A stretch of 60,841 nt of DNA from Dehalococcoidia bacterium (GTDB taxonomy: Bacteria > Chloroflexota > Dehalococcoidia > Dehalococcoidales > UBA1222), in NCBI GenBank assembly GCA_009776735.1, contig WRNG01000001.1, positions 1 through 60,841 on the forward strand, read 5' to 3'. Below the pieces are notes generated by a model. The model saw only the letters and a program-made list of their open reading frames with translations, was not told the DNA's origin and did not search any database. A program made the position numbers and the translations under genes. Shown in pieces: positions 46,851 through 54,976 of the stretch. Each line of letters opens with the position of its first letter. The first letter of the stretch is position 1.

Positions 46851-47360
46851 ATGAATGACCTACCACAGTTGTTGACTAGAATTCGCCAGGGTGATAAAGC
46901 AGCATTTGAAGAATTTTATGAGGGAATGAAGAAACCGCTGTATACAGTCGTTTTACGTATTACGCGGAATGTTCAACTCTCGGAGGATGTTTTACAAGAA
47001 TTATTTGTGAAAATCTATTTCTCGCCACCAACCAATGTAACTAGTCCACGGGCATATATATACCGAATGGCACATAATCTGGCTGTGGATACTATTAGGA
47101 AGCAAAGGGAATATGTCGAGCTTAATGAAAGTGACATTACACTTCAATGCAACCAAAACAATACTTTGTATGAAAGTGGAGTTGAAAAAGCTATCATGAC
47201 ACTTCCCGAAAGAGAACGCACCATTGTAACAATGCGCCTCAATGGCGATTTGAAGTTTCGTGAGATCGCTCAAATTCTCACCATCCCGTTAGGTACAGTG
47301 TTGTGGTCATATCGGAAGGCAATCGGTAAACTGCAAACCATACTAGGAGACACTATATGA
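46851..47360 (+). CDS. ECF-type RNA polymerase sigma-70 family factor
   Basis: 169 aa. Region 2 (FEEFYEGMKKPLYTVVLRITRN...DVLQELFVKIY...YIYRMAHNLAVD) and region 4 (LPERERTIVTMRLNGDLKFREIAQILTIPLGTVLWSYRKAIGKL). Confidence 0.85.
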   Translation: MNDLPQLLTRIRQGDKAAFEEFYEGMKKPLYTVVLRITRNVQLSEDVLQELFVKIYFSPPTNVTSPRAYIYRMAHNLAVDTIRKQREYVELNESDITLQCNQNNTLYESGVEKAIMTLPERERTIVTMRLNGDLKFREIAQILTIPLGTVLWSYRKAIGKLQTILGDTI

Positions 47361-48244
47361 GGAAGCTTTTAGGACTTTTGGTTTTATGGCTGACATTAGC
47401 GTTGGTAATCCCTGCGTTACCTGTATCCGCCAACGCTGAGATTATGAGCTTTGAAGTATACACAATAAACATAGCTAATCATCCAGACGACGTGGGCGGG
47501 GCATTTTTCACTGGCAATAATCTCTGCCTTATGGTACTCAATCCAACAACAGCCAGGAACGAGCAATTACGCACACAATACGGCGCAAAATATGCAGTCT
47601 CTTTAGATCAAATAACGATTATTCCCTGTAAATACTCCTACAATGAGTTAGTTCGCACAAGCTATGAGATTTATGTCATATTATCAAGCTCTGACAACCA
47701 GCCTTGGGCCATCGGGATTTCAGAAAACACCAACTGCGTAGAGATTTCAGTAGCAGAGCAATCATACGCCTACTACTTTTTGAGTTTTAGCCAGCAATAC
47801 GGTGACAAAGTTCATGTACGAATTAACACACCTTTCATTGCTGAATATGGTTTATCGTCTTCTGACCAATTTACTTCCAATACCACCGTCTTATCACCCA
47901 ACACTATTGCGCAATCGTCCCGAGATATTCCTCCGGCGGAGTATCCTGGGAATAACACTCAAAATTATCCCATGCCGAATTCCTCTCTTCTCATTCCGTG
48001 GGTAATGGGAGTCAGCATAATAGCAGCATTATCATTTCTGTATTGGCGGGATGCTCGACCGGTACGAGCCTTAAATACTGCCAGAGGAACCATTTCTTCT
48101 GCGCTAGTTCTCAGTAGCCGACAGCAAACAATCATGGCGGTAAAAAACAGCGTGGAGCAACCGAGCCATAACCTCTATCGTTCAATTATTGAGGACATCG
48201 ACAAAAGAGAAAAATTTTCGTCATATAACGACCAAAAGCCATAA
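47357..48244 (+). CDS. Single-pass membrane protein in the anti-sigma position, reversed topology
   Basis: 295 aa. ATG overlaps the sigma stop (ATGA). Signal peptide ending VSANA/E, an ectodomain of about 180 aa, TM at aa 211-230, and a 65-aa C-terminal cytoplasmic tail. No HxxxCxxC motif. Confidence 0.7.
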   Translation: MRKLLGLLVLWLTLALVIPALPVSANAEIMSFEVYTINIANHPDDVGGAFFTGNNLCLMVLNPTTARNEQLRTQYGAKYAVSLDQITIIPCKYSYNELVRTSYEIYVILSSSDNQPWAIGISENTNCVEISVAEQSYAYYFLSFSQQYGDKVHVRINTPFIAEYGLSSSDQFTSNTTVLSPNTIAQSSRDIPPAEYPGNNTQNYPMPNSSLLIPWVMGVSIIAALSFLYWRDARPVRALNTARGTISSALVLSSRQQTIMAVKNSVEQPSHNLYRSIIEDIDKREKFSSYNDQKP

Positions 48245-48269
48245 GTACAAAAAGGGAGAATACCAACCC

Positions 48270-49469
48270 ATGAAAAAGAAAATTGCCATCCTCTTAAGCG
48301 TTATCTTAGTTCTGCCAACCTTTCTTGTCCCTCTGTCAAGTTGCCATTCACAAAAACTTGCCGGGCATGAGTTCTATACCGATCCTAACGTAGCCGCAAT
48401 CGACTTTGCCATTAGGCTATTTCAACAAAGTGTACCTTCAGACGACAGCGCCATGATTTCCCCTCTTTCAGTGTTATGCGCCCTGGCCATGGTCGCCAAC
48501 GGAGCTGATGGTAATACCCTTGCACAAATGGAACAGGTTTTCCGTTTTTCAGCCAGTGATCTCAACGAGTACTTGCACAACTATTTAGGAACACTGTCCT
48601 CCACCGAGCAGTGTAAATTCACCCTCGCCAACTCCATTTGGCTAAGAGATGATTTCGCCCCAACCGTCAAAAAAGGATTCTTGCAAGATACCAAAGATTA
48701 CTACGGCGTATCGGTTTTCAACAGACCATTTACTATCCAGACTGTAGATGAAATAAATGAATGGGTTAAAGACAATACTCTTGGTTTAATCGATAAAATA
48801 CTTGCTGTTATCCCTGAAGATGCCGTTATGTACATTATTAACGCATTGGCACTTGACGCCGAATGGGAGAATATTTATAAAACCAGTAATATCCGTGACG
48901 GCGAATTCACTGCCCATTCGGGAATCAAACAAAAGGTAGAGATGATGTACAGTTATGAAAACAGTTTTCTTGACGATGGCTCTGCCACTGGGTTCATAAA
49001 ACATTATGTCGGAGGCCGATATGCCTTTGCCGCCTTGCTGCCTAACGAAGGGTTATCAGTTGAGAATTATATCAAAACACTCAGCGGGCAAAAACTGGCT
49101 AATACCTTAAGTAACGCTAAAAGTGTTAGGGTTAGCGCCGCAATACCAAAGTTTGAAAAAGAGTATTCGCTCGAGATGAGTGACATTCTGCAAACGATGG
49201 GTATTTCGGACGCCTTCTCGGGAAAAGCTAATTTCAGTAAAATAAGCGATAGTGCTCTGCAAATAAGCCGCGTCATCCACAAAACCTTTATTACGGTTGA
49301 CGAGAAAGGAACCAAAGCCGGCGCCGCGACTCTCGTTGAAATGACTATTTCAAGTGGATATCCTCCAATCGAAACTAAAATCGTGCATCTCGACCGTCCA
49401 TTTGTTTACATGATTATCGATTGTGAAACCAACCTACCGGTTTTTATTGGCACTGTACTCGATGTCTAA
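48270..49469 (+). CDS. Serpin (serine protease inhibitor), lipoprotein
   Basis: 399 aa from ATG 48270 (SD AAAGGGAGA). Lipobox LSSC. Serpin hinge/RCL VDEKGTKAGAATLVEMTISSGYPP (about 49302-49367) and C-terminal LDRPFVYMIID...PVFIGTV. Confidence 0.85.
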   Translation: MKKKIAILLSVILVLPTFLVPLSSCHSQKLAGHEFYTDPNVAAIDFAIRLFQQSVPSDDSAMISPLSVLCALAMVANGADGNTLAQMEQVFRFSASDLNEYLHNYLGTLSSTEQCKFTLANSIWLRDDFAPTVKKGFLQDTKDYYGVSVFNRPFTIQTVDEINEWVKDNTLGLIDKILAVIPEDAVMYIINALALDAEWENIYKTSNIRDGEFTAHSGIKQKVEMMYSYENSFLDDGSATGFIKHYVGGRYAFAALLPNEGLSVENYIKTLSGQKLANTLSNAKSVRVSAAIPKFEKEYSLEMSDILQTMGISDAFSGKANFSKISDSALQISRVIHKTFITVDEKGTKAGAATLVEMTISSGYPPIETKIVHLDRPFVYMIIDCETNLPVFIGTVLDV

Positions 49470-49496
49470 TCAATAAAGCAGACTGGTTGCCGCCTG

Positions 49497-49505
49497 TGCT
49501 ATAAT
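49497..49505 (+). promoter_or_regulatory. Extended -10 element upstream of argS
   Basis: TGcTATAAT at 49497-49505. No good -35 element. Confidence 0.35.
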
Positions 49506-49542
49506 CGGCAAATAAGCAAAACTAAACACGGGAGAGCACACT

Positions 49543-51219
49543 GTGGACGGCACACTAGTACTGAAACAAACCCTCATTACTTTACTCCGGACTTCAATTG
49601 AAAAAGCGCGGCAAGTTAGCAAATTGCCACTGTCGCCACTCCCGGAAATAACGGTGGAACGCCCGCAAAAGAGCGGGCACGGTGATTACGCTTCTGCAAT
49701 TGCCCTGAAACTGTCACGCGTTTGTGGAATGAACCCTCACGAAATCGCTCAAGCGATTGTTGCTCATCTTGAACCCATTCCACAACTGTCATCGGTAACA
49801 ATCGCCAGTTCCGGTTTTATCAATTTCACTTTCTCAAATGACTGGCTTTACTCACAAGTTGAGGAAATTTTGCTGGCAAACGAAGATTTTGGAAACCTCA
49901 ACATCGGCAACGGCAAAACCGTACAAATCGAGTTCGTTAGTGCCAACCCGACCGGGCCTTTACACGTCGGGCATGGTCGCGGAGCCGTTCTTGGCAGTAC
50001 CCTCGCAAATATTCTAGAAGCCGCCGGATACAAAGTAGAAAGAGAGTTCTACATTAACGATGCCGGTAACCAAATGTCGGTTTTTTACCGTTCGTTATTC
50101 GCTCGCTATCAGCAAGCATGCGGGGTTGAAGCTGAAATGCCGCAGGAAGGCTATTTCGGGCAGTATGTTACTGACCTTGCTTACCAAATCAAAGCCGAAG
50201 AAGGGCAAAGATATCTTGAAATGGCAACGGATGAAGGACAAACCATGCTCGGCAAGCTAGGAGTTCAGCGCATGCTATCTCTCATCCGCACAGATCTTGC
50301 CAGATTAGGTGTGCATTATGACTGTTGGTTTTCTGAGCAAAGTCTGTTTGATAACGGACAGTTCTCACAGGTCATGGATAAGCTTAACGCGCTCGGACAT
50401 GTTACACAAAAAGAAGGCGCTACTTGGTTTATTTCTAGCGCTCTTGGCGAGGATAAAGACAACGTGGTTATTCGCAGTAGCGGCTCACCAACCTACTTCG
50501 GCACAGATATCGCCTACCACTACAATAAATTCGCCGAGCGCAATTTTTCGCGCGTAATAGACATTTGGGGTGCCGATCATCACGGACATATTGCTCGTAT
50601 GAGCGCCGTTGTGCAAGCTTTAGGGCTTGACCCCACCAGATTAAAAATAATCATCGCACAATTGGTAACCCTGAAGCGCGGCGGAGATGTTGTGCGTATT
50701 TCTAAACGCACCGGAGATATGATTACACTCACCAATGTTTTGGATGAGGTGGGAGCAGATGCCTGCCGGTTCTTTTTCTTGGCGCGCTCAGCAGACAGTC
50801 AGATGGATTTCGATTTGGATCTGGCCACCAAGGAATCATCCGAAAACCCGGTATATTATGTTCAATACGCTCATGCCCGAATCTGTAGCATCCTAAAACT
50901 GGCAAAAGAAGAGGGAATGGATTTTTCAGACGGAGATGCTTCTCTATTGAATGATGAAGCCGAACTTTCACTGCTCAGACTCATACTGCAACTTCCTGAA
51001 GTCATCGAGTATTCAGCCCGTACATTGGAACCACAGAATCTGCCCCATTACGCACAAGACTTAGCCACCTGTTTTCATAGTTTTTACAAACGCTGTCGCG
51101 TGGTAAACAAAGAAAATCATGCGCAAAGCAAAGCACGTCTGAAGTTGATTGCAGCGGTAAAAGTCACCTTAGCAAGGACACTGGGGTTGATGGGAATGAC
51201 AGCACCTGAATCAATGTAG
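49543..51219 (+). CDS. argS: Arginine--tRNA ligase
   Basis: 558 aa. Class I motifs PTGPLHVGHGR (HIGH) and ISKRTGD (KMSK-like). GTG start. Confidence 0.9.
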   Translation: MDGTLVLKQTLITLLRTSIEKARQVSKLPLSPLPEITVERPQKSGHGDYASAIALKLSRVCGMNPHEIAQAIVAHLEPIPQLSSVTIASSGFINFTFSNDWLYSQVEEILLANEDFGNLNIGNGKTVQIEFVSANPTGPLHVGHGRGAVLGSTLANILEAAGYKVEREFYINDAGNQMSVFYRSLFARYQQACGVEAEMPQEGYFGQYVTDLAYQIKAEEGQRYLEMATDEGQTMLGKLGVQRMLSLIRTDLARLGVHYDCWFSEQSLFDNGQFSQVMDKLNALGHVTQKEGATWFISSALGEDKDNVVIRSSGSPTYFGTDIAYHYNKFAERNFSRVIDIWGADHHGHIARMSAVVQALGLDPTRLKIIIAQLVTLKRGGDVVRISKRTGDMITLTNVLDEVGADACRFFFLARSADSQMDFDLDLATKESSENPVYYVQYAHARICSILKLAKEEGMDFSDGDASLLNDEAELSLLRLILQLPEVIEYSARTLEPQNLPHYAQDLATCFHSFYKRCRVVNKENHAQSKARLKLIAAVKVTLARTLGLMGMTAPESM

Positions 51220-51223
51220 CAAG

Positions 51224-51454
51224 CTAAACGACTAAGCAAGTTACGGTACGCGAAATACCTTCCACGGCATGAATCTCGGAGGTGATGACATCACCGATAG
51301 CATTGAGTGTTTCTGATTCAATTACGGCAATGATGTCATACGGTCCGGTAACAGTATCGACAGATTTCACGCCTTTGATATTGCTTAAAGCAGTTATGAT
51401 GTCTTTATTTTTCCCAATTGTCGTCTCAACAAGAACAAACGCTTTCGCAGCCAT
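51224..51454 (-). CDS. Stand-alone Lrp/AsnC-type ligand-binding (RAM) domain protein
   Basis: 76 aa. AFVLVETTIGKNKDIITALSNIKGVKSVDTVTGPYDIIAVIE pattern of AsnC_trans_reg domains. No HTH. Confidence 0.7.
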   Translation of the reverse strand: MAAKAFVLVETTIGKNKDIITALSNIKGVKSVDTVTGPYDIIAVIESETLNAIGDVITSEIHAVEGISRTVTCLVV

Positions 51455-51564
51455 AAAGTCCCCCTTGCTAAAAAGCTTCTGATGGCAGAAATATACAAGA
51501 AAAGCAGGAATTAATCAAGGCAGTCACCAAATTAAAGCTTAATATGCTTGCCCAGTTGGTCCGT

Positions 51565-52728
51565 CTATATGACAGAAGACAACCAAACAGTTAGCCAAAT
51601 ATACCCTATAATAGATATTAAGCCTAGTAACACCGCACCAATTTTTACCGGCATTCGTGAATAATTAAAGCCCAAATTACTCCCAAATCTATCTTCCACT
51701 ACATACGCCGGATCATCAGGGTTGTGATAAAACATGCCAATGGCCCAAAATCTGTCATCGCCACGCCCATGTGTATCCTGTAACAGCACTTTGCTGCTGG
51801 AGTTATCTACTGTGGCATCAAGTATCATATCGGGTTTAATTCTGCATCCACCTTGTCCCGAACGAATGAAAACAGTCACAAAAACAATAATCGGAAGTAT
51901 CATTAGCGTCAGCGAAAACCATAGTGGAACCACAAGTTCAGGCCACAATGCTACGTACCCAAATAGTAAGATTGATATTGTTATTCCCAAAGTCATAAAA
52001 CCTAAACTGTGACCGACACGTTTCCGATAAATACGATGCTGAGTAAAAGAAAGCTCCGGGGTTTGGGCATCAATTTGTAACCTGGCTTTCACAAATAAAA
52101 TCCCCACCAGCCACATCAGCAATGCTGTTCCTAACCCAAAAAGGGGCGTCATTATTACATATATAATTGACTTTTCCGCCCAAGCATCCGGATTCATGTT
52201 GATATCGAAGTGGGTTGGTATGATATCGGGAAGATAAGGATATCTACCCAGCGCCAGAAGAAGGCTCCCAACAACCAACAACAGAGTAACAACATACCAA
52301 GCCCAGGGAAGTTCAGAAAGATTACCGCGAGTGAAAGAGGTCTTGGTTTCTGCAAAAACCGATTCGGATACTTTCCAAGAGCGTTCTTTTTTTAACGCTA
52401 AGGCCTGCCGCCAATTAGGCACAAAAGCCCATAATTGTACAGCAATAAACAGTAGCGGAAAATACATAGCGGCAATCAGTGTTATGCCCTGCACAACCAA
52501 GTATTGAATAATTGCTAGCACCAGAATGGTAAACATTCCAGAAAGGCATATAATGACATAGCGTTTGCGCATACTGCGGGCCTCAGGACATCCATGTTCC
52601 TCAAGTGGAATCTTTACGCCAAATAAGAATGATTTCCTAGTCAAGAAAGGGATAATTGAAAGCAACCCACCGCATAAAATGATTACAGCAACATTAACGG
52701 CAAAGAGGATTCCATTTACTTCTGACAC
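51565..52728 (-). CDS. Polytopic membrane protein (DUF1648 / SdpI-like)
   Basis: 387 aa, about 8 TM. Start overlaps the 3' end of the upstream GntR gene by 13 nt. Confidence 0.65.
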   Translation of the reverse strand: MSEVNGILFAVNVAVIILCGGLLSIIPFLTRKSFLFGVKIPLEEHGCPEARSMRKRYVIICLSGMFTILVLAIIQYLVVQGITLIAAMYFPLLFIAVQLWAFVPNWRQALALKKERSWKVSESVFAETKTSFTRGNLSELPWAWYVVTLLLVVGSLLLALGRYPYLPDIIPTHFDINMNPDAWAEKSIIYVIMTPLFGLGTALLMWLVGILFVKARLQIDAQTPELSFTQHRIYRKRVGHSLGFMTLGITISILLFGYVALWPELVVPLWFSLTLMILPIIVFVTVFIRSGQGGCRIKPDMILDATVDNSSSKVLLQDTHGRGDDRFWAIGMFYHNPDDPAYVVEDRFGSNLGFNYSRMPVKIGAVLLGLISIIGYIWLTVWLSSVI

Positions 52729-53123
52729 GACATCTCTCCAATCTCAGATTCGCTTTGGGCGTTCCGATAGCAATCAACACAAATTCTTTTAAACTCATTT
52801 TCACTGATATTTCGACAAACCGCCTCAGCAGCCGATAAGCGAAGCTGATAAGCAAGCTTACCCTTAAACTCTTCACCACCCCCAACTGTTTGCGCCACCA
52901 ACGCCCCTTTTCGCCTATCCATCACAATATATCCTTCTTCACAGAGGATAGCATAGGCTTTGTTGACGGTATGGAGATTAATCCCAAGATCAGCCGCAAG
53001 CCGGCGAACCGACGGCAACGCTTCTCCGCGTGCTATCTTTTTGGAAGCAATGCCAAGGAGAACTTGTTCACGGAGTTGTTCGTATATGGGAGCTTTGCTC
53101 AGGGTTTCTATTTCAATAATCAT
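52716..53123 (-). CDS. GntR family transcriptional regulator, YtrA subfamily
   Basis: 135 aa. PIYEQLREQVLLGIASKKIARGEALPSVRRLAADLGINLHTVNKAYAILCEEGYI plus a short C-terminal helical domain. SD AGGGGAGGG. Confidence 0.85.
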   Translation of the reverse strand: MIIEIETLSKAPIYEQLREQVLLGIASKKIARGEALPSVRRLAADLGINLHTVNKAYAILCEEGYIVMDRRKGALVAQTVGGGEEFKGKLAYQLRLSAAEAVCRNISENEFKRICVDCYRNAQSESEIGEMSCQK

Positions 53124-53153
53124 CTCAGCCAGCCCTCCCCTTAATTTATATCT

Positions 53154-53181
53154 GTTATATATCTATTATATCATATAGAAC
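53154..53181 (-). promoter_or_regulatory. Candidate operator (imperfect inverted repeat) upstream of the GntR gene
   Basis: GTTATATAT-N10-ATATAGAAC (arms match 8/9), embedded in an AT-rich stretch that contains TATAAT on the minus strand. Confidence 0.3.
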
Positions 53182-53286
53182 AATCAAGTCAACAGCATTT
53201 TATTGTTTTGCGGCATCAACTACCCATTTAATTTCTTTGAAAATTATAGGCAAGCCAGAATACTACCTTTCTCCAAGATTCCCGAA

Positions 53287-54324
53287 CTACGAATCAAGCA
53301 TAGGGTACCATTCCGGAGCGTTCTTTTTGATAGTGAAGTCTGCCCAAACGGTGTATTTATGAGCTTGATTACCTTCAGACTCGTAAAAGGATATGTCAGT
53401 TATTATCCTATATTGTCCTTCTCTTAGTTTTACGGAGAGCATTGCTGGTTGAACGCTGTAATCATAACTGCTACCAATATTTAGGCCAATTGCAATCGAG
53501 GTAAATACGGTTCCACTTCTAAATGGGACTTTTTTCCACACATTTCCTACTTGTTTTGCAATGGTAAAGGAAGTACCACAAACATAGTGTCCGGTGGCAA
53601 ATTGATTCTTCAATTGAGCAGATATCAAGCTAAATTCAGGGCTATACTGTGCACCATAGCATTCGAAAAAGATACCCTCTATGCTTTCATGCGGAAAAAC
53701 AACTTCATCCCAATTCCTTTCCTTCACCACATCGCCCATTCCATGAACCGCAAATCCTACACTTACCGCCACAACCAAAACAAAGGAAGTGATAACCAAA
53801 CTAATTGGCTTTATTATATTCGGAAAATATCTTGCTCGCCCAAGCCCTTCACCATTTCCAATCGAGCGCGGCACTCCGCCACCAAAGATGAATCCCAGTG
53901 AGACGATAACAGAAAAGATGATTGTTAGCACTCGCCACGGAACTTGCCAAAACTGCGCCATCAAAATAGATAAATCTTGCGGACGCCAAAAAAGCGCGTA
54001 CCCGACAGCCACAGCTACAATGGCACAAAAAAGCACCAATCCAGCGGCCACATCTTTGGCAAGCCTCGCCATCGAATCATATTTCTCTCCTACAATCAGG
54101 TCAACAATTCTCTCAAGCGCAGTATTAAATATTTCCGCGGAAATGACCACGGCAATTGTAACCAACAATACCACCCATTCTGCTCTTGCCATTGAAAGTG
54201 CCGCCGCCAGCCACAGTGCATAAACAGCTAAAACCAAGTGTATACGGAAATTGCGCTCATGGCGCAGACAATACCACAACCCACAACCGGCATAAACAAA
54301 AGACTTGGTAAACTTTTTGATCAT
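53287..54324 (-). CDS. Prokaryotic diacylglycerol/undecaprenol kinase (DgkA) domain fused to extra TMs and a C-terminal extracytoplasmic beta-rich domain
   Basis: 345 aa. The first 120 aa or so carry DgkA motifs (RHERNFRIHL, SAEIFNTALERIVD, AKDVAAGLVL). Two further TM helices follow, then a soluble domain of about 140 aa with no family I recognise. Confidence 0.75.
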   Translation of the reverse strand: MIKKFTKSFVYAGCGLWYCLRHERNFRIHLVLAVYALWLAAALSMARAEWVVLLVTIAVVISAEIFNTALERIVDLIVGEKYDSMARLAKDVAAGLVLFCAIVAVAVGYALFWRPQDLSILMAQFWQVPWRVLTIIFSVIVSLGFIFGGGVPRSIGNGEGLGRARYFPNIIKPISLVITSFVLVVAVSVGFAVHGMGDVVKERNWDEVVFPHESIEGIFFECYGAQYSPEFSLISAQLKNQFATGHYVCGTSFTIAKQVGNVWKKVPFRSGTVFTSIAIGLNIGSSYDYSVQPAMLSVKLREGQYRIITDISFYESEGNQAHKYTVWADFTIKKNAPEWYPMLDS

Positions 54325-54422
54325 TATGGTGCTTTTACCTTCACATGCGCATTATTTTTGTCTTTTAGATGGTAGCTGTATCATTTCTATTCTTCAGTAT
54401 TACAACAGCACTTCGGATTGGT

Positions 54423-54462
54423 TATGCATGAATAGTTGTTGCTTTTGGGTGTCAGGGTAATA
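54423..54462 (+). repeat. Intergenic motif copy A (partner at 60517-60555)
   Basis: TATGCATGAATAGTTG is identical in both copies. Similarity continues to GTAATA, about 75 percent over about 40 nt. Both copies can be read as -35 (TTGyTn) / -10 (TAnnnT) promoter-like elements. Confidence 0.5.
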
Positions 54463-54976
54463 TGCTCTTTAACAGTCTAAAAAACTATTCTTATTTAAAA
54501 CACGCTCAACTTTACCAGCATCGTAACAGCTATTTGTAGAACACCTGAGATTAAAGTACTATTCACACTATTATTGTATGCACTGTCATTTTTAGTCAAG
54601 GGCTTGAACATTGAAGGATTATATTTTGAACGAAAAACAAGAACTGTTTTCAAACCAGCTTACGCAATAATATGAGCTAGCGAAGCGGCAATGTTTCAGA
54701 AAACATTCCTGTCCTGTCATCTGCTCACATAAAGGGAAAGCTCGCACCATTGCATTCTTGAAAATGCAATCGGAAATAACACAAAATGATTGGTTATCAG
54801 TTTATTTGGGACGTGTAATGAAAGCAGCCGCAAAAAAGATGCTGACAATAATGATTACGCTGAGTTTTTCCGGCAGCGCTTTTTTTCTAGACACGGCAAT
54901 CATGGACAAGCGAGAATAATTGGCGGTTTCTGGAGTTTTGACCAAGGCAGAGAATTTGGCCGTTAAGGAGGCTTTA

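Noticed and set aside
54711-54730. A second shared word, TTCCTGTCCT, lies downstream of both copies of the intergenic motif (near 54717 and near 60584).
   Set aside because: A 10-mer match between two 500-bp regions is expected by chance at appreciable frequency, and the spacing to the main motif differs (about 290 versus 66 nt).
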